Assembly: GCA_964016885.1 (NCBI GenBank)
Contig: OZ024741.1
Coordinates: 223,634,001-223,698,000 of the forward strand
Reading direction: 5' to 3'
DNA: 64,000 bases
Source of the DNA: Eledone cirrhosa
Lineage: Eukaryota
A program made the translations under genes and the position numbers. Positions 27,232-40,424 of this stretch are shown in pieces (the stretch's first letter is position 1; every line of letters starts with the position of its first letter). The notes under the pieces are model-generated. The model was not told the DNA's origin, ran no database searches, and saw nothing but the letters and a program-made list of their open reading frames with translations.

Positions 27232-27883
27232 ATATCAACTAGAAATAGATTGACATATATATATATAAATATATATGAAACAATCACAGGGAATAATTTG
27301 TAAAGAATGTAAGCACACATAGCTAGGTAGGTAACTAATTAAAGTTTAACAAAACTTCAAATATAGATACCTTTTAAAATGATTAATCTCCTTTGTATAT
27401 ATTTCTTTAAGTAAGAAATATATTTCACCAATTAATCCGTAAATCACAGCAGTTAAATTCTCGGATGTTCACCAAAGGAGAAGATAACCATCTGCGTTTA
27501 CAAAGCAAATGCAAATCTGTGAATGACTCGAACCACGTGTTGCATTTAAAAAAAAATACACACATTGCACAACGTCATCCCAGTGGCGTGAATAGGACCA
27601 TCGACAGCCAGAAATAGCAGCCGAGTCTATTCAACTGAATTAGCTCAATGGGCCATATATATATCCAAAATTAAAATATCCACTAGAATAAGCTCAAAGA
27701 TTCCAATGAACAGATCTGAGCAGTACATATCAACTAGAAATAGATAGACATATATATAAAATAAACATATGAAACAATCACAGGGAATAATTTGTAAAGA
27801 ATGTAAGCACACATAGCTAGGTAGGTAACTAATTAAAGTTTAACTAGAACTTCAAATATAGATACCTTTTAAAATGATTAATA
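27232..27883. repeat. Dispersed direct duplication of ~155 bp (27232-27388 and 27728-27883)
   Basis: ATCAACTAGAAATAGA..GAAACAATCACAGGGAATAATTTGTAAAG..CCTTTTAAAATGATTAAT occurs twice, nearly identical. Confidence 0.9.
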
Positions 27884-28994
27884 TCATCATCATATATATA
27901 TTAAGGATCTTGTAAACCTGATTAAAAAGAAAGCAAGATTTTCATATAATACTAATTCCTTCCAAAACAGCCTAAATAACTATAAACAATCCTTCCGATG
28001 TTCATTTATTTGCAGATAAAGAACATATATAACTGTTACCATATTCTTTAACCTTTTTGATACCAAACCACCTAAACCCACCCATAATTTATGGTACAAA
28101 ACTGCTCATTTTATTAAAACCTTTCATCGCAATTTTATTTTAGAAATTTTTTCTTAAGTCATGTTTAACCTTTTAGTATTTACATTACTCTCTATATACT
28201 ATTATATTTTCATGGTAAAGGCTTTATCTACATAATATCAAATCTATGAGACTTTTGTATTATATATTTTGAGAACAATACCTTAACATCAGTATGAGCA
28301 GCCGGTTACAACCGGTTTGTACAGAAAGAGGTGAGAGAATTCTGGCCAGATAAGGCCAGTTTAAATGCTAAATGGTTAAAGTATCAGCTTACTTATTTAT
28401 TTTATTAAACACTTCCAAATGTTTGGTTATTTTTAAATTAATTAAAACACATCGGCTGTACATTTCATTAGAAATATCATAATGAAAAATTAAACTCACA
28501 ACATACCAAAAATAACAGCTTCACCACATAGAGTTCCATGATCACAGAGGAAATGAAGGAATTGGTCCCCATACTAAAAATAGATCTCATTAACTACCTC
28601 CTTGCTATGTGGACTCCTTAGGTTACTTTTGAGTAACCACAAGGCCAACATCCACCCCAGTCCTAAGACCTTGAAAGTACAAAACAGCACTATGATTTGC
28701 ATCACATAAAAAATTCTCTTTAATCTATCTAATACTGCAAATTTTCGCAAAGGTCTGTCCACTAATAAAGATACTGTAAATATTTCAATTTACAAACGTG
28801 TTTTTACATATTTTTTACTAAGTTACTACCAGATGTTAAGAGTTAGGCTGGTAACTGAAACATAACTTAAAAAAATTTCTTAGATAAATTTATGATGGAA
28901 GGTTTAAATTTAAATATGAACACTTTAAAGTAAACAATTTTGTATTATAGAACGAAGAGGTGGTTCAGGTAGGTTGGTATCAAGAGATAAATAT

Positions 28995-29548
28995 GCAGCA
29001 ATATATGTGATATATTTTTTTAATCATCATTCTTTCTATGTTTAAACATGGAGCAATAAATGTGATATACAGGTAAAATTCCATTATAATGAATACCATT
29101 ATAACAAATTTTTCAGTATAACAAAATTTTTTTCAATCCCCGGCCACACACTCGATGTGTTAGGTCGATGTTGTTATAAAGAATTTTTTGTTACAACAAA
29201 TTTTTTTATACCCCGTGAATTTCACTGTATATTGTTTTCATCATCATCTTTGCCATGTTTAAAACATGAAGCAATAGATGTGATATATTTTTTTAATCAC
29301 CATCTTAGCCATGTTTATGCATGGAGTGTAGATGTGGTATATTTTTTACTCATCATCCTAGCTATATTTATACATGGAACAATAGCTGTCATATTCTTTT
29401 AATCCTCATCCTATGTGTTTTTACACGAAGCAATAGATGTGATATATTTTTTTAATCATCACCTTAGCCATGTTTATATATGGAGTGTAGATGTGATATA
29501 TTTTTTAATCATCATCTTAGCTATGTTTATTCATTGAGCAATAGATGT
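28995..29548. repeat. Degenerate ~55-bp minisatellite
   Basis: Recurrent CATGGAGCAATAGATGTGATATATTTTTTAATCATCATCTTAGCCATGTTT; resumes after 30015 and near 30245. Confidence 0.75.
29070..29227. mobile_element. Tc1/mariner (pogo/Tigger-like) MITE
   Basis: TA|CAGGTAAAATTC..GAATTTCACTG|TA, internal TTATAAC repeats, inserted at a TA of the minisatellite. Confidence 0.7.
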
Positions 29549-30020
29549 TCATCATCATCATCATCATCAGGTTTAGCGTCCGTGTTCCACGCTTGCATGG
29601 GTTTGGACAGGGGTTTTCCCACTTGAGGCAAGAGTGGTTGTCTTGCTCGCATAGGACTGTCTGGCAGGTTTTCTACAGTTGGATGCCCTTCCTAACACCA
29701 ACCACATTTACAGTGTGGGGCTGGGAGGTTTTTACCGTGTTGCCTACACGGCCACATTACAGCGTGGACTGTCTGGCGGGTTTTCTACAGCTGGATGCCC
29801 TTCCTAACACCAACCACATTTACAGTGTGGGGCTGGGAGGTTTTTACCGTGTTGCCTACACGGCCACATTTACAGCGTGGACTGTGTGTTTTTTGTCGTG
29901 ACACCTACACGATCTCATTTGTTTCGGCCTGGATGTTGTGGGACCAACATAACTGTACATTGAAAGGGGCGGTGTGGATGGGGTGGAGGTGGTGGGACGG
30001 GGGGGTGTTTTGATAGAGAT
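29549..30020 (-). mobile_element. RTE LINE copy consisting only of the 3' UTR
   Basis: Near-identical to 31668-32140, with (GAT)n tail and probable TSD AGATGTT. Confidence 0.85.
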
Positions 30021-30634
30021 GTTATATATGTATTTTTTTTAAAATGAAGAGGAAAAATATTTAAATAGTGTAAGATAAAGTGGGGAGGTGTCGGTGGTAC
30101 ATCTCACATCTCAGCTGTGCCTCCATGTACAAAATAATGAAGCCAGCGACTCCCACTGCATCAAATGCTCTACCTTATTGAGCCTTGTCCCTAGGCAGAA
30201 TATGCTGCTCCTGATTTTGCAGAGGAAAATGGTAGTTTGGTGTTTAAACATGGAGCAATAGCTGCAATATTTTTTTTATCATCTCAGCTAGACTCAAACA
30301 CGGAGTAAGGAATATAAAGATATTCCTTTTAAAATCCAGAATAAAAAATTTTTTCCCAATAAATTCCACTTTATAAAACCAAGGAATTTAAAAGCTTTTC
30401 TGTTTTATTCTCTTTAAGGAAATGTCATGTTCCAGTTTTACTCAGGATTTATAAAGATTAAAATTGGCATTCAAACAATTTGAAATCAAGTATTTCGCTT
30501 GTTTTTTTTCTTGTAAATTTATTTTAAAATTTCTATTTTGATTTTTAATAAACTTTTATATATTTATTTCTATTATTTTATCAGTAATGTTTAGTATGTA
30601 CTGTGGACTTTTTCTGAATAGTATCCTTTGTGGC

Positions 30635-30673
<39 letters not shown>

Positions 30674-30674
<1 letters not shown>

Positions 30675-31073
30675 GGGCGGTGGATTGGCAGTATCAGTAG
30701 AGAGTCGGACAGCATAGAGTTACAGCCCTTTACGGGCAGAGTTCAAATCCCGCCAAGGTTAACTTTGTCTTTTATCGCTATGGGGTCGATAAAATAAAAC
30801 ACCAGTAATGTACCGGAGTCGATTTAATCGACTTTCCCCTCCTCCAAATTACTGGCCTTGTGCCTATACTGGATTGGCAGTATCGGTAGAGAGTCAGACA
30901 CCATGCTTTGTAGCATAGGCCCTTTGTGTTCTGAGTTTAAATCCTGCTGGGGTAAGCTTTGCCTTTCATTCTTTTAGGGTTGATAAAATAAAGCACCAGT
31001 AATGCACTGGGGTTGATTTAATAGAATTCTCCCTGCCCTTCAAATTGCTGACCTTGTGCCCCAAGTAGAAACA

Positions 31074-31108
<35 letters not shown>

Positions 31109-31332
31109 CAGGGCAGTGGATTGGTAGTATCAGTAGAGTGTCAGACACCATGCTTTGCAGCATAGAGTTATGGCCCTTTACGTTCTGAGTTTAAATCCTG
31201 CCGAGGTAAACTTTCCTTCCATCCTTACGGGGTCGATAAAATAGAGCACCAGTAATGCATTGGGTCGATTTAATCAACTTACCCCTCCCCAAAAATTGCT
31301 GGCCTTGTGCCTAAAGTAGAAATTATTATTGT
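30674..31332 (+). mobile_element. Three head-to-tail SINE family A copies with (ATT)n tails
   Basis: GGATTGGCAGTATC.GTAGAG head, GAGTT(C/T)AAATCC B-box-like motif and GTCGATAAAATAAAGCACCAG core, three times. Confidence 0.85.
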
Positions 31333-31334
31333 TA

Positions 31335-32990
31335 TTATTGAATGTTGTCACTGCATTATTGAGCACAGCTCTGTATGCCTTGGGTATGTGCAGTGTTGTT
31401 TTTGGTGTTCTTCTTTCTATTGTATTAAGAGTACTCTTTGTAATGTGTGCAGTGTCTAATAGTGTTCTTTTCTCTATGCTGTATATATTTGCAAGTCCTA
31501 GGGTTTTCGTTATATATTTGTCTGTGCATTTTTTTTTATCATTACCAAAGCCCCTATAATTATAGGTATTGTTTCTGTTTCCATCATCCACATTTGGTTA
31601 TTTCTCCAGATTTTTATATTTGGATAATTTCTCCATTTCCTTGGTAGATATATTGTCGTCTATGGAGATCATCATCATCATCAAGGTTTAGCGTCCGTGT
31701 TCCACGCTTGCATGGGTTTGGACGGGGGTTTTCCCACTTGAGGCAAGAGTGATTGTCTTGCTCGCATAGGACTGTCTGGCGGGTTTTCGACAGCTGGATG
31801 CCCTTCCTAACACCAACCACATTTACAGTGTGGGACTGGGAGGTTTTTACCGTGTTGCCTACATGGCCACATTACAGCGTGGACCGTCTGGCGGGTTTTC
31901 TACAGCTGGATGCCCTTCCTAACACCAACCACATTTACAGTGTGGGGCTGGGAGGTTTTTACCGTGTTGCCTACACGGCCACATTTACAGCGTGGACTGT
32001 GTGTTTTTTGTTGTGACACCTACACGATCTCATTTGTTTCGGCCTGGATGTTGTGGCACCAACATAACTTTACATTGAAAGGGGCGGTGTGGATGGGGTG
32101 GGGGTGGTGTGACGGGGGGGGGGGTGTTTTGATAGAGATGCCTACTGACTGTAGTAGGTTTTTACTTTGTATTTAGGTAAGGCGGGTCTTCTCTATTACT
32201 GAGTACCGCCAAAGGTCTCGGTCCAGTGACATTGTCTTGGAGAGGTGTAAGCGTGTGAGGTCGGAATTTATCATGTCGTCCCAGGTTTTTCTGGGTCTGC
32301 CTACTCCGTGGCTACCGTCTATCTTTATTGCCCTGCACTTTGTTATACAGCTGTCGTCTTTCATGCGCATCACGTGTCCATACCAACGTAGCCTTCTCTC
32401 GAGTAAACAACATCTGATCCCTCTTATTTCTAATTTTTTCCTTAGTTCGTTTATGCTTTGCCGTTCACGTATATTACTATTACACATCCAGCGGAGCATG
32501 CAAGCTTCGTTCCTCTCTAGTCTGCGTATATCCTCTGCACACAATGCCCAGGTCTCACTGCCATGCAGCATTGCTGTTCGTATGCAGGTATCGTATAACC
32601 TGCCTTTCATTTTTAGGGAGAACCCTTTAGCGGCTAATAGTGGTATAAGCTCTCTGAACTTTTTCCATCCAGTTCTGACTCTAGCTACTGTACTTTCAGA
32701 GCACCCTCCCCCACTGCTGATTTTATCACCCAGGTAACGGAAGCTGTCCACTATTTCTATAGATACATCAATAAGAAGACAGTTATTCTTTGTGGTCTTT
32801 GACTATGATATCCAGTCAGTTGGCTTTGGTCTCCCTCTGTGTTTTGGCATATCCCAGAATGATTGCTTTGTCATTCTCTTACACCCTTTCTGGTGTATAT
32901 TTGTACCACATTTTTTTCTATTAGTATTGTTGGCATAACTTCCACTTTATATAAATCACAACTCTATCATGTCTATGGATATATACATTT
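31335..32990 (-). mobile_element. R4/Dong-like LINE RLE domain, split by a nested RTE insertion
   Basis: 32990-32760 gives KWYKYTPERV*ENDKAII..WDMP..KAN*LDIIVKDHK..LLIDVS; 31667-31335 continues IDDNISTKEMEKLSKYKNLE..IPIIIGAL..EKRTLLDTAHI. Confidence 0.8.
31668..32758 (-). mobile_element. 5'-truncated RTE LINE (RT C-terminus in ORF 32173..32751 plus 3' UTR)
   Basis: FRYLG, LHGSETW, RRLRWYGHVMR and GRPRKTW motifs, with a (GAT)n tail. Confidence 0.92.
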
Positions 32991-33561
32991 TTTAGGCTAA
33001 GACTGGGCATCCAGAGATCATCATCATCATCATCACCATTTTTTCATGTTAGCATGGGTTAGACAAGTTGTTCCATTGTGAGATTAGATGACTGTGTCTT
33101 GCTCATACAGAACTGTTTCTGGATTGGTTTCTATGGCTGGTTGCCTTTCCTAATGCCAACCACATATACAGTATGGACTGGGTGCCTTTTATCGTGGCAC
33201 CAAGATGACCACTTTACAGTGTGGGCTGGGCGTTTTTTATCTTGACACCAACACAACTACTTTACAGTGTGGACTGAAGGCTAGGGGGTGGATTCTGAGT
33301 TTGAATCCTGCTGAGGTTAGCTTTGCCTTTCATCCTTACAGGGTTGATAAAATAAAGTACCAGTAATGCACTGGGGTCTTTCAAATTGCTGGCCTTGTGC
33401 CTAAAGTAGAAATCATTATTATTATCAGTATCGGTAGACTGTCCGATATGCATACATACATACATTCATATAGTCACTCATACATTAATATATTGATACA
33501 TACATACAACTTGAATTCTTTGAGCATAAATCTCAAAAGAAAAAAAAATCATACACACACA

Positions 33562-33870
33562 TGCATCATCATCATCATCACCTTTTAACGTCCGTTCTTC
33601 CACGCTAGCATGGGTTAGACGGGTTGTCTTGTTGTGGGCAGTGTCCGGTCGGCTGAACTTGACTTGCTCATACGGGAACTGATTCTGGCTTGAATTCTAC
33701 AGCTGGATGCCCTTCCTAACACCAACCTCATTTACAGTGTGGGCTGGGTGCTTTTTTGCTATGGCACCTCCACGACCACTTTGCAGTGGAATGATAGGGA
33801 TCCCAGTCCTATCATCTCATTTCTACAGCTGAGTAAACTGGAGCAATGTGAAATAAAGTATCTTGCCAAT
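33562..33870 (-). mobile_element. SINE family B
   Basis: Reverse complement of 7180-7530. Related RTE-tail fragments lie at 33018-33280 and 34180-34395. Confidence 0.75.
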
Positions 33871-34042
33871 TAGAATAAATTAATGATACTAATTAATTGA
33901 ACGTATAACACATCAAATAATTTTGTACATAACTTTTGCTTGTTATGTTGACAACATTATTAGAAAGCTCTGATAGATGATAATTTATCAACTCTTCAAC
34001 ATTGGCATAACCTCTGAGGTTATTACCAAAACTCCACTCCTG

Positions 34043-34076
<34 letters not shown>

Positions 34077-34647
34077 GTTACTAATTCTAATATATATTAA
34101 ATAGTGTAACACAGAAGACCCGACTTTTCACGGATACAAGCCGAAGCTGAAGCATATAGACAATATGCCCCCAGCCCCTCCCACTGCAAAGAGGTTGTGG
34201 AGATGTCACAACAAAAAAGAACCCAGTACTCACTGTAAATAAGGTTGGTGTTAAGAAGGGCATCCAGCTGTAGAAATTGAGCCAAAATCAGTTCCTGTAT
34301 GAGCAAGACATGGTCAACCTGGCATTGCCTACAACAGGACAACCTGTTTAACCCATGCTAGCGTGGAAGAACGGACGTAAAACGATGATGATGATATGTT
34401 AAAATACAATGAATTCATATCTGATAGGAAGGGCTTCCAGCCATAGAAAACCTTCCAAACAAAGGGTTGGGAGGGTGCATCAGCTGTGTTAAAGACATAA
34501 CAACCTCCCTAGTTTTCTGTGTTATGATAAAATGCACTTGATAGAGCACTATATCATTTGTAAGTGAGCCACATGGTCCTGGCCCATCTGAGAGGTCAGT
34601 AGCCCTGCTTGGGTACTGACTTAGTCTCTGAAGATTTGTCATCCAAT

Positions 34648-35244
34648 ATCGCCTAGTTATATATATCACTCAATGCTAGAACAGCCGTTAAAACATCCAA
34701 ATACTGTCAATGACTAATAATGGGTATAAATACCTGAGAGGACAGAGATCAGTGGCTAGTGGTCGGTAGAGAAACAATGGTGGATGATAGGCAGATGAAA
34801 TATAGAAACGATTGAGAGAGGAGGACAATAAGTGTGATGGCATATAGAAGTGACTGGATGAAGGAAATAGAGAAAGGCAGTGTACAAGATAAGTTCATAC
34901 ACACATCTTCACCTTCATCAGCTCTCAATCCAGCAAAATGGTTTCGCACGATTTAATTGAGAGTGCCATTTTCAAAATGCTGGATTGTGCAACGGAAAAA
35001 ATAAATCTTTTTGTTGGTATGATGTGTGTCTGATAAAACAATTATGCACCAACACACCTCGCCTTGTCCTCCTCCTCTCAATTCTCCCTATATTTCATCT
35101 ACCTTGTGGATTGTCTTTCTACTGACCACTAGCCACTGATCTCTGTCCTCTCAGGTATTTTTCACACATCGCTGTCATTGACAGCATTTGGCTGTTTTAA
35201 CAGCTATTCTAGCATTGAGTGAAAATTATACATAACTAGGTGAT
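34648..35244. mobile_element. ~600-bp fold-back/MITE-like element with ~180-bp imperfect inverted arms
   Basis: AAATACCTGAGAGGACAGAGATCAGTGGCTAGTGGTC versus GACCACTAGCCACTGATCTCTGTCCTCTCAGGTATTT; TCACTCAATGCTAGAA versus TTCTAGCATTGAGTGA. Confidence 0.8.
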
Positions 35245-36208
35245 GGTGGAGGTGAGAATAAACTACTGAAATACTGTGGTAAATCTCTCTCTCTCTGCTT
35301 CTCTGTTTTCCCACCCATCATTCCAAAGGATTTGAAATGTTGATGCTGCATTTGAACTGTACCCTTTAGCTTACATTTGCAGTTTTTCGTTTTTTATTCA
35401 TTTGGGCAATACTTTTTAGAAGTCTCATACTTTGATCACAAGCCTATATACTAAAATTTAAATAATTATAATGTCTGTAAGTGCAACAAAGTTTATATGC
35501 AATATATTTTTTCCTTTTTTTTATACAAGTTTAGAGTATAAAAGTTCATCTATCTGTGGGATAAATGCATCAGTCATTTCAGATTAGAAATTTATATATA
35601 GTACAAAATGACAGGGTTTAGGACTAAAATATATTCAATATAATTCCTTGATTCAAACTTTGTGTAAAGATGCTTGAATCCTCAAGTTTCTTTTGTAATA
35701 TTGGCCATCATTGTATTTCATTTTACAAACAGTTAAGTCAATTACAAAAATGTTCTTCTAGATTTTCTGTCCTCATTATTAAACGTCTGTCCATTAAATT
35801 TTGTTGACTTTATTCTACCGATGTATCTGTCTAACTTTGGTCTGCTGTTAGGATACATGCTTTGTTGTTTTTGTTCTTGTCCAAAGATAGGTACATTGGT
35901 AATTATACATAGATAGCTATAGAAAGACAGTCAGACAAACAAATAGATTGGCAGATAAATATACAGGTAGATAGTTAGATACATATATAAATAGATAGGT
36001 AGATAGATAAAGAGGCAATGGATAGAGAAACTGAGTTTGGCAGACAATTAGGTTAGTAGACAGATAGATATGTAGACAGACACAAATATCTATGGATAGA
36101 TACATAGATACACACATAGATAAATAGATATGTACATACCTAAATAGATAGATAGATACATACATACATAGATGGATAGATATGTACATTCAGAGATAAA
36201 TAGATACA

Positions 36209-36557
36209 TAGGCGGGGTGGTCGTCAGTCATCCCGTCTAATTGGATATTGTTTACTGGCACATGGTCAAACAAGGAATAAGGAACATACCTCAATTTTAT
36301 GTTATAAAAACATTTTTTAATAGGAGCAATTACAGAATATATTCAAATACATTAGTGCTCCTAGGTTGGGATATATTTAAGTCGTCGTATACTGCCGCAT
36401 GGTGTGATATCGTTCTTTTGGTCACTGCGTAGAAACACGTCTATTCACCCCGAAGAGATTATCGTTTAATAAATATTGTTTCAGCTACTGACGTCAGAAC
36501 TAAGGGTAGTTAATCAACTGCCTTCACAGTCGACGCTAGATGGTGTGATCTTCTACA
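36209..36557 (-). repeat. 3' LTR (349 bp)
   Basis: Direct repeat of 40757-41095; begins TGTAG on the minus strand and is preceded by the PPT-like CTGGTGGGAGGCCA. Confidence 0.95.
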
Positions 36558-36628
36558 TGGCCTCCCACCAGATTTTTAGGAAATTAAATAAAAATTGGTT
36601 CATCGAATCATGTATGTAGAAAAAACGA

Positions 36629-37700
36629 TTAGCAACCATCAAAAATCCCAAACGGAGGCAAAGAAACAGGTGTGTGTGCAAAAGAGAAAGATGGGGGTGT
36701 ATATGGCTCAGGTGTGTGAGCATCTGTGTGGGCCCGTTTAAGTCTATCAACCGCAATTGTCTCTCTGGATTCCTTAATGTCTACAGTGAAATGTTTATCA
36801 GAACGAGCCAACACACGGTAGGGTCCAGAGTACGGTTGTGTGAGAGGTGGTCTCACAGCATCGTTTCTTACGAACACATGGGTCCACGAGGCAATATCCC
36901 TCGGGACTGCAGATTTTACAGTTTGTTTCCTCGAATCCATCGGCGGCAGGTCCTGAAAATAAGAACGCAGACGGGATCCATAGGAAAGCGGATCTTGTGC
37001 AGCAAGATCGACAGGGGCAAGCATTTGCCCAGGTAACGCTAGAGGAGCACCATATAACAATTCGGCCGGGGAGAATCCAAGGTCCTCCTTTATTGTTGAC
37101 CGAATCCCCAACAACACAATAGGGAGGTACTCGCTCCAATGTGTAGAGTCAGGAGAAGTCTGTAGAGCGGCTTTTAGTTGTCGGTGGAAACGCTCCACCA
37201 TTCCATTAGAGGCAGGATGATATGCAGTCGTTCGGATGCATTTAGCGCCGATGATTTTCGTTAATTCATGGAAGAGATTTGATTCAAACTGTCTTCCACG
37301 GTCCGTTGTAATCGTGGTTGGCACTCCAAAGTGGGCAATCCATCCTGATACTAGGGCACGCGCTGTCATTTCAGCAGTGATGGCTTCAGGCCATCGCGAA
37401 AAACGATCAATAACAGTCAATAGATAAGTATGACCACCACTGACTGGCCAAGGTCCCACAATGTCCACACGAATGTGCCGGAAACGGGTGTCCGGTGTAC
37501 TGAACGTAGCGAGCGGAGCCTTAACGTGTTTATGGATTTTCGATTTCTGGCAAGCGATGCAGGAACGGCACCAAGCAGTAATATCGCGCTTCATATTTAG
37601 TCAGAAGAATCTGGCTGTTATGAGCTTTACTGTGGCAGAAGATCCTGGGTGCGAAATGCTGTGTAAAGCAAGAAACACAGTACGACGATGGTTTAGTGGG
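36629..37700 (-). pseudogene. Gypsy integrase (zinc finger plus DDE)
   Basis: [50 protein letters not shown]. Confidence 0.93.
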
Positions 37701-37714
37701 ACGAATGGTCTCGG

Positions 37715-38491
37715 TTAATCCACGGAAACGTCGCAGAGAATCTGTTCATCTGCAGTGGGCAATGGCAGGTATTTCAAATTACTTGTCGCAAATTCGGCTG
37801 ATGTAATATCCAACGATTCCAGTGCAGGTTGGTCTGCTGCCAAGTGATTTAAATCGATGTCGTGGGATGACGCAATTGAACTGATCGGCAATCGAGACAG
37901 GGCGTCAGCCGCTGTGTTCAATGAGCCTGGAATGTGTTCGATATCGTTTGTGAATTGCGAGATAAAGTCGAGATGCCTTGTTTCTCTGGGTGAGTATTTG
38001 TCGGACTTTGCTCTTAAAGCGAAGGTCAAAGGTTTATGGTCAGTATAGATTGTAAAACACCTTCCTTCGAGCATATGTGAAAAATGTTTCACAGAAGGGT
38101 AGATGGTTAACAGCTTCTGACTAAAGGTGCTGTAGCGAGTTTCTGCAGGCTTCAACTTCCTGGAGAAAAATTCCAATGGTATTTGGTGATCGTCACTACT
38201 CTGTTGTAAGACTGCACCCACTGCAGTATCCGACGCATCAACACAAAGCGAAAGCTTGGCATTGGACACTGGGTGGGCCAGCAAAGATGCACTAGCCAAT
38301 GCTGATTTGGCTTTTTGAAAATCCTCGAGCTGAATCTGAGTCAAAAAGATTTCCTTATTTTTCTTGCGGCAATTTTTCAGAATCTCAGTAAGAGAGAAGA
38401 GTAGATTAGCACAATGCGGAACAAAACGTCTATAGAAATTTATCAGTCCTAGGAATTGTCGCAACTGACGAAGTAAGGTCGGCGGAGGCAA
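37715..38491 (-). pseudogene. Gypsy RT connection and RNase H
   Basis: [35 protein letters not shown]. Confidence 0.93.
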
Positions 38492-38494
38492 ATC

Positions 38495-39620
38495 CTCTAT
38501 AGCCTGAACTCGTTGAGGGATGGGTCGAATACCCTCGGAGTCAATGACATGACCTAAAAAAATTCAGTGATTCCGCACCGAAAACACATTTTGTGGGATT
38601 TATTTGAACACTAATCCTTGAGTCGACAAAACAAAAGATTCAAATGACGTATGTGTTCTTCTCTGGAGGAACTAGCAATAAGCAGATCATCAATATAAGT
38701 GTAGACGAAGTCTAAACCAAGAGTGACCTCATCCATGAACCGTTGAAAGGTGCTAGCAACATTCCTAAGTCTGAAAGGCATGGTAAGAAATTTGAATGAT
38801 CCAAATGGAGTCGTAATGGTCGTTTTCGGAATATCTTCTTACTTGACAGGAATCTGATGATAGGCTCGCACCAAATCGAGCTTTGAGAAAACTTTACATC
38901 CCTGCAACGACGATGCAAAATCTTGCAGGTGTGGAATAGGATATCTATCCGGGACAGTTATAGCATTTAACTTCCTATAATCCCCAGTGGGTCTCCAGTC
39001 GCCAGAAGTCTTGGATACCATGTGCAACGGAGAAGCCCAAGGGCTCGTAGAAGGGCGAATTATGCCTAGCTGCAGCATGTGGTTGAACTCGGACGGTGCT
39101 GGCTTCAATTTGTCCGCAGGCAAGTGACGAGGACGTGAGAACACTGGGGCGCCAGTTGTAGAGATAAAATGCTCCGTTGTGTGAGTTGGTTCGGCAACTC
39201 GAAAATTTCCCTGAGTAAGCTGTGGGAAAGAATTCAACAATGCATGATAGAGATTCCCAGCATTAGCGATGAAAAAGGTCGGGCTAACCGTTGGAAAATT
39301 AGCTTTCTGTCCACGAAGAGAAAAACCAGTAATGTCGTCTACTAGGCGTCGGCCATGGACGTCCACCGTCAATGGAAAATGGTGTAGAAAATCCGCTCCC
39401 AAGATTTCTGAATTGCAGAGGAAGCAAGATTTGTCCCAAAGTCCGTATCGGCGAATGATTGACAGCTTGTAGATTCATTGATGACTCAGGAGGAGTTACT
39501 GTCATACAATTGACAGGCCCCAAATACTGCACGAACCTCCTGTGTCTACGAGGAAGGATCTTCCAGACAGGAGGTCCTCTATGAAGAAATGGCGGTTCTG
39601 TTGTGTCTCGCAGAGTTCAC
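38495..39620 (-). pseudogene. Gypsy protease and reverse transcriptase, frameshifted
   Basis: FLVDTGGSCS (~39530-39560), [40 protein letters not shown] near 38690. Confidence 0.92.
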
Positions 39621-39629
39621 TTGCCGCCT

Positions 39630-40424
39630 TTAGTGACTCTGATCTACATTTCCCGAAGTTGAATATTTACATGGAGGCCGGCAATGTTTTGCCTTCTCGG
39701 CGAAGGTGACATGATACCAGCAAAATAATAGATTGCTGGCGGGTGAAGTAGTACACCGACGTGGAGTCGCGAAAGAACGCGAACGACTCCTAGGCCGCCG
39801 GGAATACGGCCTATTCTCCCTGCATAATCTGCGGGAATACGGCCTATTCTCCCAAGCATCAATAGCCTTTAACATGGCATCCTTGCGTGTCGAGGCGGGC
39901 TGGTTCAAATGTGAGGAAGCGATAGGCGAGTCCGAGGTGGTAGCCTTTTTAGAAAATGCCACGATTCGATCCGCGGAGGCAGCAATTTGCTCCAAAGAGC
40001 TGGTGTCCACTATATTTGCCAAAATAATTTGGACATTGTTTGGCAGGCGAGAGAAAAATACTTGTTTAATAAAGGAATTATCCTGTTCGGGCGATTCACT
40101 GAGGTCCCTAATGTGGCGCAAAAATTCGGACGGCGATCTATTGCCTAGACACTCATCCTCCAACAATGAACGAAATCTGCTCTCAGCAGAACGACTGTTC
40201 CTTCGAAGAATTTCTTCCCGCAACGAGTCATAGGAAATACTGACCGACGGGTTCGTAATCAAATCTTTCACTGTTACAGCGAGTGAAGAAGGAATACCAC
40301 TTATCAAAAAGTTGAGCTTTTTCTCGGTTTTTACTTCGTTGGCAGCAAAATAAGGGTCCAGCTGCGCAAACCAGAGTTTAGTATCACCTGAGAACGCAGG
40401 CAAACCAGGACTACTTATCATCAA
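39630..40424 (-). pseudogene. Gypsy gag
   Basis: LWFAQL, LGNRSPSEFLRHIR, FFSRLP and a CWYH..F..KAKHCRPPC knuckle; located downstream of the PBS. Confidence 0.88.
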
